64,000 nucleotides of DNA from assembly GCA_016794365.1 (NCBI GenBank), contig JAEUKB010000060.1, forward strand, positions 30,613 through 94,612, written 5' to 3'. The translations under genes and the position numbers were made by a program. Positions 19,446 to 28,855 of the stretch are shown piece by piece. The notes beneath the pieces are model-generated. The model ran no database searches. It was given only the letters and a program-made list of their open reading frames with translations, and was not told the DNA's origin. Each line of letters begins with the position of its first letter. Positions within the stretch are counted from its first letter, which is position 1. The stretch comes from Myxococcales bacterium (GTDB lineage: Bacteria > Myxococcota_A > Polyangia > Palsa-1104 > JAEUJZ01).

Positions 19446-21377
19446 CTAAAGCGCGCGCGGCTGCTGCACCAGTGGTCGAGGGGCTCCGGGGGCGCGCAGC
19501 TCCGTCGCCTTGGCAGTGACCGTCGGTTCATGACGCAGGATTTCTTCGGCCAGCTGTGCCGCATGTAACAGCATCTCTGGCGTACACACTCGCGGCGAGT
19601 AATACGCGTGTTCACAAAGCGCTGTCAGCGCTTCCAGCTTCTTCTGACCGTCGGCAGCGATGGGATGTGGCTTCCCCGCCGACAGTCGATCGTATAGCTC
19701 GCGCGGAGTCTGCGTCATCACCGACTCTCCGACGATTCCTTCGGCCACACGACGCCATTCCTGAAGCAGCCGTGTCCGGAGCGGCTCGATCCGAACGGTC
19801 ACCTGCCGAAGCTCTCCGCGATGGGGAATCGTCGCCAAAAACTGCTGCGAGAGATAACCCGGCGCGCCAATCCGAACCTGATAGCGCCCACTGTGCAGCG
19901 CTGGTGACACAAAGCCTCCCGTCGCGCTCGTCGTCACTGTGTGGAGTGGTTCCTCGGTGTTTCCATCCGCAAACACCAAGATCTGCGCGCTCACCGGGCT
20001 TCCGAAGGTCGCATCCAGCACTTGTCCGTCGATGTGAAAGTCCACGGCTCGGCGCAGGCTCGACAGCCGACTCATCGACGTAAGCTGAACACCGGGTTCG
20101 CCTTGTCGCACCTCTGTAAGCGCTGGGGTAGCGACGACATCCAAAGGCAACAGCGTCGATGGATTTTGTCGAGCCCGAAGCTCCTGAACAAGCGCTGTGG
20201 CAAGCCGGATCAGCTTGCGTCCAAGCACGATCCCGAGCCCGATCAGCACCGTCCCAATCAGCGGCAGCAGGAAATAGAGCAGCGAGATCGGCTCCGGCGG
20301 AAGCACTTGGACCGCAACTTCCGGCGAGCGACCCGGCAGGATATGACCTCGCCGAGGAAAGACCTGTGCAACGATCAGCGTCGGTCCCGGTGGCAGCATC
20401 AGCTTCGGGACCACAATCTCGAAGCGACCTTGCGCATCCGTTTCGGCATGTCCCAGGCTGCGCTTGCGCTGGCTCGAGTCCGCAACCGTCAAACCTTCGT
20501 CGCTCAGCGCTTCTAGCTCCACCAGCTCACTTGTAAGTGGTCCCGCTTCGTCGCGAACCACACCCGCAGCCGTCAGCTTGTTTCCTTGCGGAATCTCACC
20601 TGCGCCACTTGTAGACAGAAGCTGTAGCGTCACCACGGACTGCCCGAGCAGCAGCAGCTCTTGCTTGGTTTCCGACGGCGAATAGATTCGGCTCCCGGCA
20701 AACTGCGCGGTCAGCGTCACCCGATCGCCTGCTTTGCCAAGTCCTTGGCCTCGGTAGCGCTGCTCCAAATAGCCTTGGCTGACGGTGAGCTGCTCTCGCC
20801 TTGGTCCGATGCGCAGCACCACCGGCCCGTCAATCGGTTCGCCTTCGCTGCTGAGCTGAATCCGCAACGGCAGCTCGTCTGACAGCGCAATCCGAGGCGG
20901 TGCCCACAGCCGCACCTGGCTCTGCTGTCGGCCCATGTCGATCGCGAAGACGCCGCGTGCGGGATCTCGTAGTTCGTCGCCGCGATAGCTGGCCACGACG
21001 GTGTAGGCAGCGGGTGATACTCCGGCGCGCTCAAACGTCGCGGTTCCATCGTCGCTCGTGCGGCGGTCTCCCAAAAAGAGCGTGTCACCGTTGCCACGCA
21101 GCTCGACGTGAATCAAGCGATCCGCAAAGGCGCGATCGTCGCCAGCATCGCCGTCGCTTGGTGGCTGTCCGTCGGAAAGCTGGATCGTGAGCGTGACCCG
21201 AAACGTGTTCTTTCCATCGGGTCGTCGGCTCAGCTCACGCAGTCGAAGCTGGCTCTTTCCGCGTACCTTGAGCACGATCGCATCGTCGGCACGCGCGGTT
21301 CGAGGCTGGCTGACCCACAGGAGCTGACCCAGCATGGGCAGCGCCAGGCACCAAAACCAACGTGCCGAAAGCCGCAT
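19446..21377 (-). CDS. Hypothetical single-pass membrane protein with Ig-like / carboxypeptidase-regulatory-like domains
   Basis: Likely start at 'MRLSARWFWCLALPMLGQLLWVSQPRTARA' (signal; ATG at 21377). Repeated beta-rich units. TM segment 'LYFLLPLIGTVLIGLGIVLG'. Cytoplasmic tail holds a CarboxypepD_reg-like segment 'FADGNTEEPLHTVTTSATGGFVSPALHSGRYQVRIGAPGY'. Confidence 0.5.
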   Translation of the reverse strand: MRLSARWFWCLALPMLGQLLWVSQPRTARADDAIVLKVRGKSQLRLRELSRRPDGKNTFRVTLTIQLSDGQPPSDGDAGDDRAFADRLIHVELRGNGDTLFLGDRRTSDDGTATFERAGVSPAAYTVVASYRGDELRDPARGVFAIDMGRQQSQVRLWAPPRIALSDELPLRIQLSSEGEPIDGPVVLRIGPRREQLTVSQGYLEQRYRGQGLGKAGDRVTLTAQFAGSRIYSPSETKQELLLLGQSVVTLQLLSTSGAGEIPQGNKLTAAGVVRDEAGPLTSELVELEALSDEGLTVADSSQRKRSLGHAETDAQGRFEIVVPKLMLPPGPTLIVAQVFPRRGHILPGRSPEVAVQVLPPEPISLLYFLLPLIGTVLIGLGIVLGRKLIRLATALVQELRARQNPSTLLPLDVVATPALTEVRQGEPGVQLTSMSRLSSLRRAVDFHIDGQVLDATFGSPVSAQILVFADGNTEEPLHTVTTSATGGFVSPALHSGRYQVRIGAPGYLSQQFLATIPHRGELRQVTVRIEPLRTRLLQEWRRVAEGIVGESVMTQTPRELYDRLSAGKPHPIAADGQKKLEALTALCEHAYYSPRVCTPEMLLHAAQLAEEILRHEPTVTAKATELRAPGAPRPLVQQPRAL

Positions 21378-21481
21378 AGCCACCAGTATACGCAAAGACC
21401 AGCGTGTCACGTCGCTGGACATGGCGGGTCGTGGCTTCTTCTGCGGAGCCCGTAGCGACCCTGGTAGAGTCTTGCTTTCAG

Positions 21482-24349
21482 ATGTCACAAAGTCGGGCGA
21501 GTGGGGATGACTCTTTGTTCCCGGAGCCGCAGGGCCTTGTCGAGAAGCGCAAGCTGCCATCGGATGACTTGCCGCGCGGCGCTTCGATTGGTCGCTATCT
21601 CATCATTGAGCGACTCGGCAGCGGCGGGATGGGCGTGGTGTACTCGGCCTACGATCCGGATCTCAATCGCAGGGTCGCCATCAAGCTGCTGCGCAGTCAG
21701 CCCGGTGCGCTGGCTTCCCAAGGTCGAGCGCGGCTTCTGCGGGAAGCGCAGTCGATGGCGCGGCTCTCGCATCCGAATGTCGTGGCTGTCTTCGATGTCG
21801 GCGTCGCGTTTGACCAAGTATTCGTCGCGATGGAGTTTATCGAAGGTGTCACGCTGGGCGAATGGCTGCTTCGGCCCAAGCGCACCGAGGACATCTTGCG
21901 CGTCTTCGTCGAAGCCGGTCAGGGACTCGCCGCCGCCCACACAGCCGGAATCGTACACAGGGATTTCAAGCCCGACAACGTGATGATTGGGCGGGATGGG
22001 CGGGCGCGGGTGATGGACTTTGGCGTCGCACGCGATGTGGGCAAGCCGATTTCCGACCCCAGCATTGGCAGTGGACCCGAGCCGCTGTCGTCGAAAGAGC
22101 GCGCCAAGGTAGAGCTAGATCACACGCTGCCGGGTCAGTCGTCGGGTCGGCTGGCGGCACTGGCGGTTAGCTCTCCGCTGACCCAAGAAGGCGCGCTGAT
22201 GGGCACTCCGCGCTACATGTCGCCCGAGCAGTTTCGAGGACAACCGAGCGACGCGCGCAGCGACCAGTTCAGCTTTTGTATTGCACTGTACGAAGCGCTC
22301 TGTGGGCAGCCGCCCTTTGCCGGGGACAACCTGGGCGAGCTGGCGATGCAGGTGTTTCAAGGCAATGTGCGTGCGTTTCCGTCGGATAAGAAAGTGCCCA
22401 AGTGGCTGCGACGGGTGCTGCTGCGCGGGCTTTCGCTGAGGCCGCAAGACCGCTATCCGCAGCTCTCGACGCTGCTGGAAGACTTGTCGCTGGAGCGACG
22501 ACGACGTAAGCGACGACTGCTGCTCGCGATGACCTCGGCAGTGGTGCTGCTGTCGTCGCTGTTGGTCGGTGGCGGTATCTATCGCGGTCAGCAGGCACTG
22601 CGGGCGCAGCGCTGTGCCGAGGTGGAAGCGCAGCTTGAGCCGGTCTTTGGCGCGGCGATCAAAGACAAAGCGCGCGACGGGCTGCTCAAGACCAAGCGTC
22701 CGTATGCAAGTGATGTCTTTCGTCGGGTCGAGTCGAGCCTTTCGCACTATCTGGGCGATTGGCAGACGATGCGGCGCGATACCTGCGACGCGACCTTCAT
22801 TGCAGGCACGCAGAGCCAGGAACTACACGCTCGGCGTCTGCGCTGCCTCGATGCCAGGCTGCAAGAGGTCGCTGCCTTTATGAACTTGCTGTCGCAAGCC
22901 GATGAGCAGGTCTTAGACAGTGCCGTCGAACAGAGCAGCGATTTGGCCCTGCTGGAACAGTGCGCAGACCCACACTTTCTTCAGCAGCTTGTCAGCGAGC
23001 AAGAGGCGGCGCGCGAGCGGATCGATCAGCTCAGTCGCGAGCTATCGGAAGCGCGGCTGCTTCACAACAGCGGGCGTGTCCAAGTGGCCAAAGAGCGGGC
23101 GCAGCGGGTGCTTTCCGCAGCCCAGCAGCTTGGCAGCCTGCCCGTGCAAGCACGAGCCGAGCGAGAGCTGTCGCTCATCGAAAGCTCCAGCGGGGATCTG
23201 TATGCCGCCTATCGAGAAGCCGTGGCAGCAGCAGCGCTTGGCATTCGCGGTGGCGACTTTCTGACTGCGGCTGCGGCCTTTGCCGACCTTATGTACTTGT
23301 CGCACGCCACGCAGCAGGCCGGGATGGTCGAGCGCTGGCAGCAGTTTGGGCAGGCAACGCTCGCTCGAGTGGTGGGAAGTACCCAAGCCAAGGCGCGGAT
23401 TGCCGCGTCGATGGATCTCTACCTGTGTCAGCAAGCGTCCGTCGCTCGGAAGTGGCAGCAAGCAGACGAGCAGTGCGGTGCGGCTCTTCGTGATAGCGAG
23501 CGTCTGTTTGGCCCCGAAGCGGTGCAGGTGGCGACGGTGCTCAACAGCCTGGCGCTGCTGCATCGCAGGCAGGATCGCTTCCCGGAAGCCGAGTCGCTGT
23601 ATCGGCGCGCGCTGACGATTTCCGAAGTACACCTGGGCAGCGAGCATCCGCGCGTGCTGCCGATTCACGAAAACCTCGGCTACTTGCTCGAGCTGATGGG
23701 GAAATACGACGAAGCCGATGCCGAATATCAACAAGCGCTGCGCATCGGAGAGCACGCCTTTGGTCCAGAGCATCCCAAGCTGTACGGAACGCTGCGCTTT
23801 TTGGTGCAGCTTTCGCTTCGTCGCGGACAAGCGGATGCAGCGATTCCTTTGGCCGAGCGGGCGGCGGCAATCCTCAAAGGATCTCCGCGCGCGGTGACGG
23901 GAAAGATGCTGCTTGGGAACACGCTGGCGCGGGCCGGTCGCTACGAAGACGCGCTGCGGCTGCACCAAGAGTCGCTCGATCAGTGCAGTGGCAAGGTCTG
24001 TGGTCTGGAAATGCCGTCGCGGCTGCTCGCTGTCTCGGAAGATCTGCGGGGACTCGGTCGCGACAAGCAGGCACTGCCGCTTCTGGAACAGGCGCTGCGC
24101 CTACTGCCTTCGTCGGGTGAAGCTGAGCTGCGCGCGCGGCTTCAGTTTTCGCTGGCGCAGACGCTGTGGTCGATCGATGGCCCAAAGAGCCGAGAGCGCG
24201 TCTTCGATCTGGCCGACAGAGCGCGGAAGCAATACCTGGATCTGGGTCGTCAGCACAAAGTCGAAGCCGAGGAAGTGACCGATTGGCAAAAGCGCAACAA
24301 GCTACAGCCGCTTCCTTCTGCCGCTTCGCCAGTTGCACCTTCTCCCTAG
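21482..24349 (+). CDS. Ser/Thr protein kinase with TM segment and C-terminal TPR repeats
   Basis: Start 'MSQSRASGDD' at 21482. 'LGSGGMGVVYSA', 'VAIKLL', 'HRDFKPDNVMI', 'DFGVAR', 'SPEQ'. TM 'LLLAMTSAVVLLSSLLVGGGIY'. About 500 aa of TPR-like repeats follow ('AESLYRRALTISEVHLGSEHP...', 'AEYQQALRIGEHAFGPEHP'). Confidence 0.85.
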   Translation: MSQSRASGDDSLFPEPQGLVEKRKLPSDDLPRGASIGRYLIIERLGSGGMGVVYSAYDPDLNRRVAIKLLRSQPGALASQGRARLLREAQSMARLSHPNVVAVFDVGVAFDQVFVAMEFIEGVTLGEWLLRPKRTEDILRVFVEAGQGLAAAHTAGIVHRDFKPDNVMIGRDGRARVMDFGVARDVGKPISDPSIGSGPEPLSSKERAKVELDHTLPGQSSGRLAALAVSSPLTQEGALMGTPRYMSPEQFRGQPSDARSDQFSFCIALYEALCGQPPFAGDNLGELAMQVFQGNVRAFPSDKKVPKWLRRVLLRGLSLRPQDRYPQLSTLLEDLSLERRRRKRRLLLAMTSAVVLLSSLLVGGGIYRGQQALRAQRCAEVEAQLEPVFGAAIKDKARDGLLKTKRPYASDVFRRVESSLSHYLGDWQTMRRDTCDATFIAGTQSQELHARRLRCLDARLQEVAAFMNLLSQADEQVLDSAVEQSSDLALLEQCADPHFLQQLVSEQEAARERIDQLSRELSEARLLHNSGRVQVAKERAQRVLSAAQQLGSLPVQARAERELSLIESSSGDLYAAYREAVAAAALGIRGGDFLTAAAAFADLMYLSHATQQAGMVERWQQFGQATLARVVGSTQAKARIAASMDLYLCQQASVARKWQQADEQCGAALRDSERLFGPEAVQVATVLNSLALLHRRQDRFPEAESLYRRALTISEVHLGSEHPRVLPIHENLGYLLELMGKYDEADAEYQQALRIGEHAFGPEHPKLYGTLRFLVQLSLRRGQADAAIPLAERAAAILKGSPRAVTGKMLLGNTLARAGRYEDALRLHQESLDQCSGKVCGLEMPSRLLAVSEDLRGLGRDKQALPLLEQALRLLPSSGEAELRARLQFSLAQTLWSIDGPKSRERVFDLADRARKQYLDLGRQHKVEAEEVTDWQKRNKLQPLPSAASPVAPSP

Positions 24350-24470
24350 CCATCTGTATCGGTTGTGTTGATTTTTATGATTTATGTTGATTAACCGGAG
24401 CGTACGCAAGTACGTGAGGACCGACGATGCAGCAGCCAGGGTCCGCAATAGGTTTTGTTAGGTGTTCTAA
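24350..24470. other. AT-rich intergenic island between convergent genes, with short direct repeats and small hairpins (putative bidirectional terminator region)
   Basis: 'tgtatcggttgtgttgatttttatgatttatgttgattaacc' (repeated TGATTT/GTTGATT). 'cgtacGCAAgtacg' (5-bp stem, GNRA-like loop). 'gttagGTGTTctaac' hairpin. Local GC is far below the ~65% window average. Confidence 0.5.
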
Positions 24471-25486
24471 CCGTAGCTGTGTCGGGGTGTGCCGTAGCGG
24501 CTTGGGCTGGCTTTGGGCTGCTCTGTCGCTTCGATGAGATAGCAGACCCGAATCAGCGGATCGTGAAAGTCTTTGGGTAGTGTGTCAGCGCTGATGTTGC
24601 GGATGCGCAGCATCGGGAAGTCTTCGCTGCGGAGCGTAAAGCCTCTGCGGTTGGTGCTAAAGACAATGACGCCGCCAGGAGCCAAAAATCGCAGCGTGGC
24701 GCGCAGCAGCCAGTCATGGTCGCGCTTGATGTCGAAGGTTCCATGCATCCGCTTGCTGTTGGAAAAAGTCGGTGGGTCCAGCACGATCAGATCGAACAGA
24801 CCGCGTACGTCGGGCACCGTGAGCGGATCGCGCAGCAGCGCCAGCACATCGGCCCGGACCTGACGATGCTGCGACAAGCTGATGCCGTTGAGCTGAAGGT
24901 TGCGCTTTGCCCACGCCAGGTACGTGGCGGACAAATCGACGGTGGTGGTGGCCAGCGCTCCGCCTTTGGCTGCATACACCGAAAAGCTGCCGGTATAGCC
25001 AAATAGATTGAGTACTCTTCGTCCAGCAGACATCTTCTGAACCAGCGCGCGCGTATCTCGATGGTCTAGAAATAGGCCCGTATCCAGATAATCGCTTAGG
25101 TTGATCAAGAAGCGATGGCTATTTTCGCGAATAACCAGCTCGGCTTGTTCTTCGTTGATTCGCTCATACTGTGCTGCGCCTTTTTGGCGCTTTCGCTCTT
25201 TGACAAACACTTGATCGCGTGAAGTGCCAGTAAGCTGCGCAGTGGTATTCAGCAGATCTTGTAAGTAGCTGTCTTGTTCTTGCTGCTCTGCTTCGGTCAT
25301 TTCACCCGAATATACATATGGATAGACCACAAGCGCTGGGCCGTATCGATCAATGGTAAGCTTGACTTCTGGAATGTCTCGGTCATATAGCCGATAGGCT
25401 TCGACCTCGCGCTGCGCGGCCCACGGCACCAGCCGCTTGAGGTTCTTGCGCAGTCGATTCGCAAACATCTCCACCTTGGGATTCAT
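24467..25486 (-). CDS. Class I SAM-dependent 23S rRNA methyltransferase (RlmI/RlmK-like)
   Basis: Start 'MNPKVEMFANRLRKNLKRL' at 25486; the ORF-track N-extension is Arg-rich junk. 'VLNLFGYTGSFSVYAAKGGA' SAM motif I. 'DLIVLDPPTFS' motif IV. Confidence 0.8.
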   Translation of the reverse strand: MNPKVEMFANRLRKNLKRLVPWAAQREVEAYRLYDRDIPEVKLTIDRYGPALVVYPYVYSGEMTEAEQQEQDSYLQDLLNTTAQLTGTSRDQVFVKERKRQKGAAQYERINEEQAELVIRENSHRFLINLSDYLDTGLFLDHRDTRALVQKMSAGRRVLNLFGYTGSFSVYAAKGGALATTTVDLSATYLAWAKRNLQLNGISLSQHRQVRADVLALLRDPLTVPDVRGLFDLIVLDPPTFSNSKRMHGTFDIKRDHDWLLRATLRFLAPGGVIVFSTNRRGFTLRSEDFPMLRIRNISADTLPKDFHDPLIRVCYLIEATEQPKASPSRYGTPRHSYG

Positions 25487-25539
25487 CGGAAGTTCCTTGC
25501 GTTGTGGTCGAACAGGTCGGGCACTTTCGGTCGAGCGGG

Positions 25540-26652
25540 CTAGGCGGCGCGGGGCACAAGTCCGAGACCGGGACGGCTGGGCAGGCAGATCTTTCCGCGC
25601 TCGACGGTGATCGACTGCATGGAGTCGTTGCCAATGAGAAGAAATCCATCCAAGTCGGCGTAGTCCACAAGGGGGGACAAGTGCGCGGCAGCGGCAATCG
25701 AGACAGACGACGAGATCATGCAGCCGAGCATCACCTTGAGTCCGTGCGCGCGCGCCGTCGCGATCATCTTGTGGGCCTCGAAGATGCCGCCACACTTGTC
25801 GAGCTTGATGTTGACGCCGTGACACGTCTCGGCAATGCGTGGAATGTCGGCCAGGCGCAGGCAGGCTTCGTCGGCAAAGATCGGCATCGGACTGCGCGCT
25901 CTGAGCCACTTGGCTTCCGTCACTTGCTCGGCGGGGAGCGGCTGTTCGCACAGCTCGACGCCTTGACCGGCCAGCCAGTGAAGCTTGCGCAGCGCGACTT
26001 CTTTGTTCTTCCAGCCTTCGTTGGCATCGACGCGCAGCGGCTTTTTGGTGACCGCGCGCACCGCTGCAATCGTCGCTTCATCGCTATCGAGTCCGACCTT
26101 GACCTTGAGCACCGGGAAGTCTGCGGCTTCGCTTACTTTCTGACGGGTCATCTCGGGCGTATCGATGCCAATCGACATCGTGGTCAGCGGGGCTGCGCTG
26201 GGATCGAGCCCAAAGTAGCGATACAGCGGCAATCCCAGCTTCTGACCGACAAAGTCGGCCACGGCACCGGCAATCGCAGCCTTGGCCGCCCACTCGCCAG
26301 GGATGCGCTTTCCGACTTCGGCCAGAAGAGGCACAAACTGCTGAAGATCGGCGCGTTCCAGCAGCGTGCGGACGCTCTCGATGGCACGGAGCGCTGAGAC
26401 GGCGCTTTCGTGATACCGAGGAATCGGAGCCCCTTCGCCGATGGCGGTGATGCCGTCGCGGACGATGCGAACCTGCACGACATCGCGAAAGCTAGAAGTA
26501 GACATCACCGTCGTCCAAGTGTGTCGTAGCGCGAGGCGAACGACCTGCGCGGACAGGACATTTGGGGCGGCTGCGGCTCCAGGGCTGGCCAGCACGGTCT
26601 TTGGCATGGCGACTGCGCCCGCAAGGATCCCCAGCGCCTGGCGACGGTTCAC
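25540..26652 (-). CDS. Enolase-superfamily enzyme (dipeptide epimerase / muconate-cycloisomerase-like) with Tat-like signal peptide
   Basis: 370 aa. 'MNRRQALGILAGAVAMPKTVLASPGAAAA' (twin-Arg plus hydrophobic core plus ASP/AxA). Enolase-superfamily metal ligands 'KVKVG', 'VDANEGW', 'LCEQP', 'IFADE', 'KLDKCGG'. Confidence 0.75.
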   Translation of the reverse strand: MNRRQALGILAGAVAMPKTVLASPGAAAAPNVLSAQVVRLALRHTWTTVMSTSSFRDVVQVRIVRDGITAIGEGAPIPRYHESAVSALRAIESVRTLLERADLQQFVPLLAEVGKRIPGEWAAKAAIAGAVADFVGQKLGLPLYRYFGLDPSAAPLTTMSIGIDTPEMTRQKVSEAADFPVLKVKVGLDSDEATIAAVRAVTKKPLRVDANEGWKNKEVALRKLHWLAGQGVELCEQPLPAEQVTEAKWLRARSPMPIFADEACLRLADIPRIAETCHGVNIKLDKCGGIFEAHKMIATARAHGLKVMLGCMISSSVSIAAAAHLSPLVDYADLDGFLLIGNDSMQSITVERGKICLPSRPGLGLVPRAA

Positions 26653-27443
26653 TTCGTGCCCTCTTGCGCTGGCGTCGCTGCCTGGGCCGGTGCAGCAGGT
26701 GTCGTCGATCCTGCGACGGGAACGGGAGCAGTCAGCCCCGGCATGGTCTGTACAAAGTCCTTGTATTCGGGCATCTGCGCAATCTTGGCTTCAAACGCTG
26801 GGTACTTGCGTCGCACCACCTGCTTCTGCATCTCGCTGATGGCGCTGTGCGGGATCTTCTTGGACACCATGTTGATGATGCCGGACGGCAGCGAGCCGCC
26901 AGGGTCAGCGTGGACTTGATACTCGACGCGGGTCCACTTGCCACCGTTGGAAGGCCACAGATACCAGTGACCGCGTAGCGACGGCATGCGGACGACACCC
27001 TTTTGCGGCGGCCAGGCTGGGTGGTCGATGGAGTTCATCTCGACCTTGACCATCTTGCTGCGGACATCGACGGTGGTGATGGCCTTGATCACGGCGTCGC
27101 GGTCCGAAACCGGCCAGGGTGCGCCGGTGCGGCTGTAAAAGGTCTGCTCGCGGTCGCCGTTGCGAGAGATGAGCGTCTGTGCGACCGCTTCTTTCATCCA
27201 CTCGGTGCGGTGCTCTACGTCATCGAGGACAGCCAGCACGGACGGAATGGGGGCTTCAATGACGCCTGTACCCTGAAACTCGTGAAGCTGAGAGCCTGCC
27301 ACGGTGCGGCGATAGACCTCGATGCCAGCGTCGTTGCGGACCCTTTCCCACGGGCCGGTGGTCCTGTCATCGCCCGCAGCAGCCAGCGAAACGGAAACGA
27401 ACAACGAAAGCCCAATCAGCCAGATGGACGTAGCACGAGCCAT
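26649..27443 (-). CDS. Secreted START/SRPBCC (Bet v1-like) lipid-binding domain protein
   Basis: 264 aa. Signal 'IWLIGLSLFVSVSLAAAG'. START-like pattern 'WERVRNDAGIEVYRR...', 'HRTEWMKEAV', 'VSDRDAVIK', 'RGHWYLWP'. Pro/Ala/Thr-rich C-terminal tail. Confidence 0.6.
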   Translation of the reverse strand: MARATSIWLIGLSLFVSVSLAAAGDDRTTGPWERVRNDAGIEVYRRTVAGSQLHEFQGTGVIEAPIPSVLAVLDDVEHRTEWMKEAVAQTLISRNGDREQTFYSRTGAPWPVSDRDAVIKAITTVDVRSKMVKVEMNSIDHPAWPPQKGVVRMPSLRGHWYLWPSNGGKWTRVEYQVHADPGGSLPSGIINMVSKKIPHSAISEMQKQVVRRKYPAFEAKIAQMPEYKDFVQTMPGLTAPVPVAGSTTPAAPAQAATPAQEGTK

Positions 27444-27485
27444 GACTCTGTCTCCCTACAGTGCAAGCGGTATGTGCGGTGTACC

Positions 27486-28820
27486 TTAGACCAGCAAGGT
27501 CAGACCTGTACCTACGATCTTGAGCAGGTCATCGGGGCGCTTGGGCAGGTCAGCCGTGAGGACTTCATGGCCGGTGGCGGTGACAAGGATGTCATCTTCG
27601 ATGCGAATTCCGATGCCTTGCCAGTCGGGACCGAGCGGATCGGTGGGCTGAACGTACAGTCCCGGCTCAATGGTCAAGATCATGCCTTGGGCAAGCCGTC
27701 GCGCATCGCCGCCTGGAAAGTAGCGACCGACATCGTGGACATCCAGCCCGAGAAAGTGGCTGGATCGGTGTGGATAAAAGCGTCGCAGCGCGCCGGTCTC
27801 GACGGCTTCGGCTGGATCGCCGCTGAGCAGTCCAAGCGAGCACAGTCCTGCCGCCAAGCGATGCGAGATGAGCGCATGAATCTCTTCGATGGTGACACCG
27901 GGTCGCACCATCGCAATCGCCGCCAGCTGCGCATCGAGCACCAGGTCATAGAGCTGACGCTGCGGACGCGAAAACGTCGCGCGCTGGCCCGGCACCGGAA
28001 TCGGATAAGCGCGGGTGACATCGCCGGTAAAGCCGTCTAGCTCGCAGCCGGCATCGACCAGCAAGACTTGTCCGGGCTGTAGCTCATCGCGGCTGTCTAC
28101 GTAATGCAAGATCGTTGCATTTTTGCCGCTGCCGATGATGCTCTGGTAGCCGGGCAGGCCGTTGCGGCGACGGAAGCCATAGTCCACCAGGGCTTCGATT
28201 TCATACTCGCGCTTTCCGGCCACGCAGGCGCGCATCGCGAGAAGGTGCGCTTCGACGGTCACGGCGCACGATCTTCGCATGCTCAGGATCGCCGCTTCGT
28301 CTTTGACCAGCCGCAGCTCGTGAAGGGTCTGGTTGAGATCGACGATGCGACTCGGCGCGCGGCTGCCGTTGCGTTCATTTTTGCGCAGCCTGGCCAGCAC
28401 CCGCAGGATCAGCTCGTCGTGTATAGGACGATCGCCGACAAGCAGGTGAACTTCGGTGCAGCCGTCGAGCAGCTCAAACAGGCGCTTTTCTAGCTCGCGG
28501 ATGTCGAAGGCTTGGTCGGCTCCGTATAGCTCGGTGGCACCTTCCAGCCCGGCGCGGCGACCGTACCACAGCTCTTGATGAGGGTCGCTGGGACGGACAA
28601 ACAAGGTAAAGCGTGCATCCTTGCTGGGCGTAAAGACCGCGACCGTTTCTGGCTCGGACAGGTCGGTCAGAAACAGCAGATCCGAGGACTGACGGAAGCG
28701 GTGATGGTTGTCGGCATTGCGACGCTCATCGTGGTTCCCAAACACGATCGCGCAGGCCCCCGGAGGCAGTCGTTCCAAAAGCGCCGCACGTCGAGAAGCA
28801 CAAGCTGTCAGCATGTTCAC
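27486..28820 (-). CDS. pepP: Xaa-Pro aminopeptidase (M24B)
   Basis: 444 aa. N-terminal AMP_N domain. M24 metal ligands 'DAGCELDGFTGDVTR', 'SHFLGLDVHDVG', 'GMILTIEPGLY'. Confidence 0.85.
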   Translation of the reverse strand: MNMLTACASRRAALLERLPPGACAIVFGNHDERRNADNHHRFRQSSDLLFLTDLSEPETVAVFTPSKDARFTLFVRPSDPHQELWYGRRAGLEGATELYGADQAFDIRELEKRLFELLDGCTEVHLLVGDRPIHDELILRVLARLRKNERNGSRAPSRIVDLNQTLHELRLVKDEAAILSMRRSCAVTVEAHLLAMRACVAGKREYEIEALVDYGFRRRNGLPGYQSIIGSGKNATILHYVDSRDELQPGQVLLVDAGCELDGFTGDVTRAYPIPVPGQRATFSRPQRQLYDLVLDAQLAAIAMVRPGVTIEEIHALISHRLAAGLCSLGLLSGDPAEAVETGALRRFYPHRSSHFLGLDVHDVGRYFPGGDARRLAQGMILTIEPGLYVQPTDPLGPDWQGIGIRIEDDILVTATGHEVLTADLPKRPDDLLKIVGTGLTLLV

Positions 28821-28855
28821 CCTTGAGCTACCTTACCCGCAAAGTGGCTGCGGCG

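Noticed and set aside
22115-23968. Minus-strand ORFs of 210 and 308 aa inside the TPR-kinase gene
   Set aside because: Antisense shadow ORFs within a kinase gene that has canonical motifs.
25504-28040. Plus-strand ORFs of 297, 345 and 138 aa
   Set aside because: Antisense to the enolase-superfamily, START and PepP genes.
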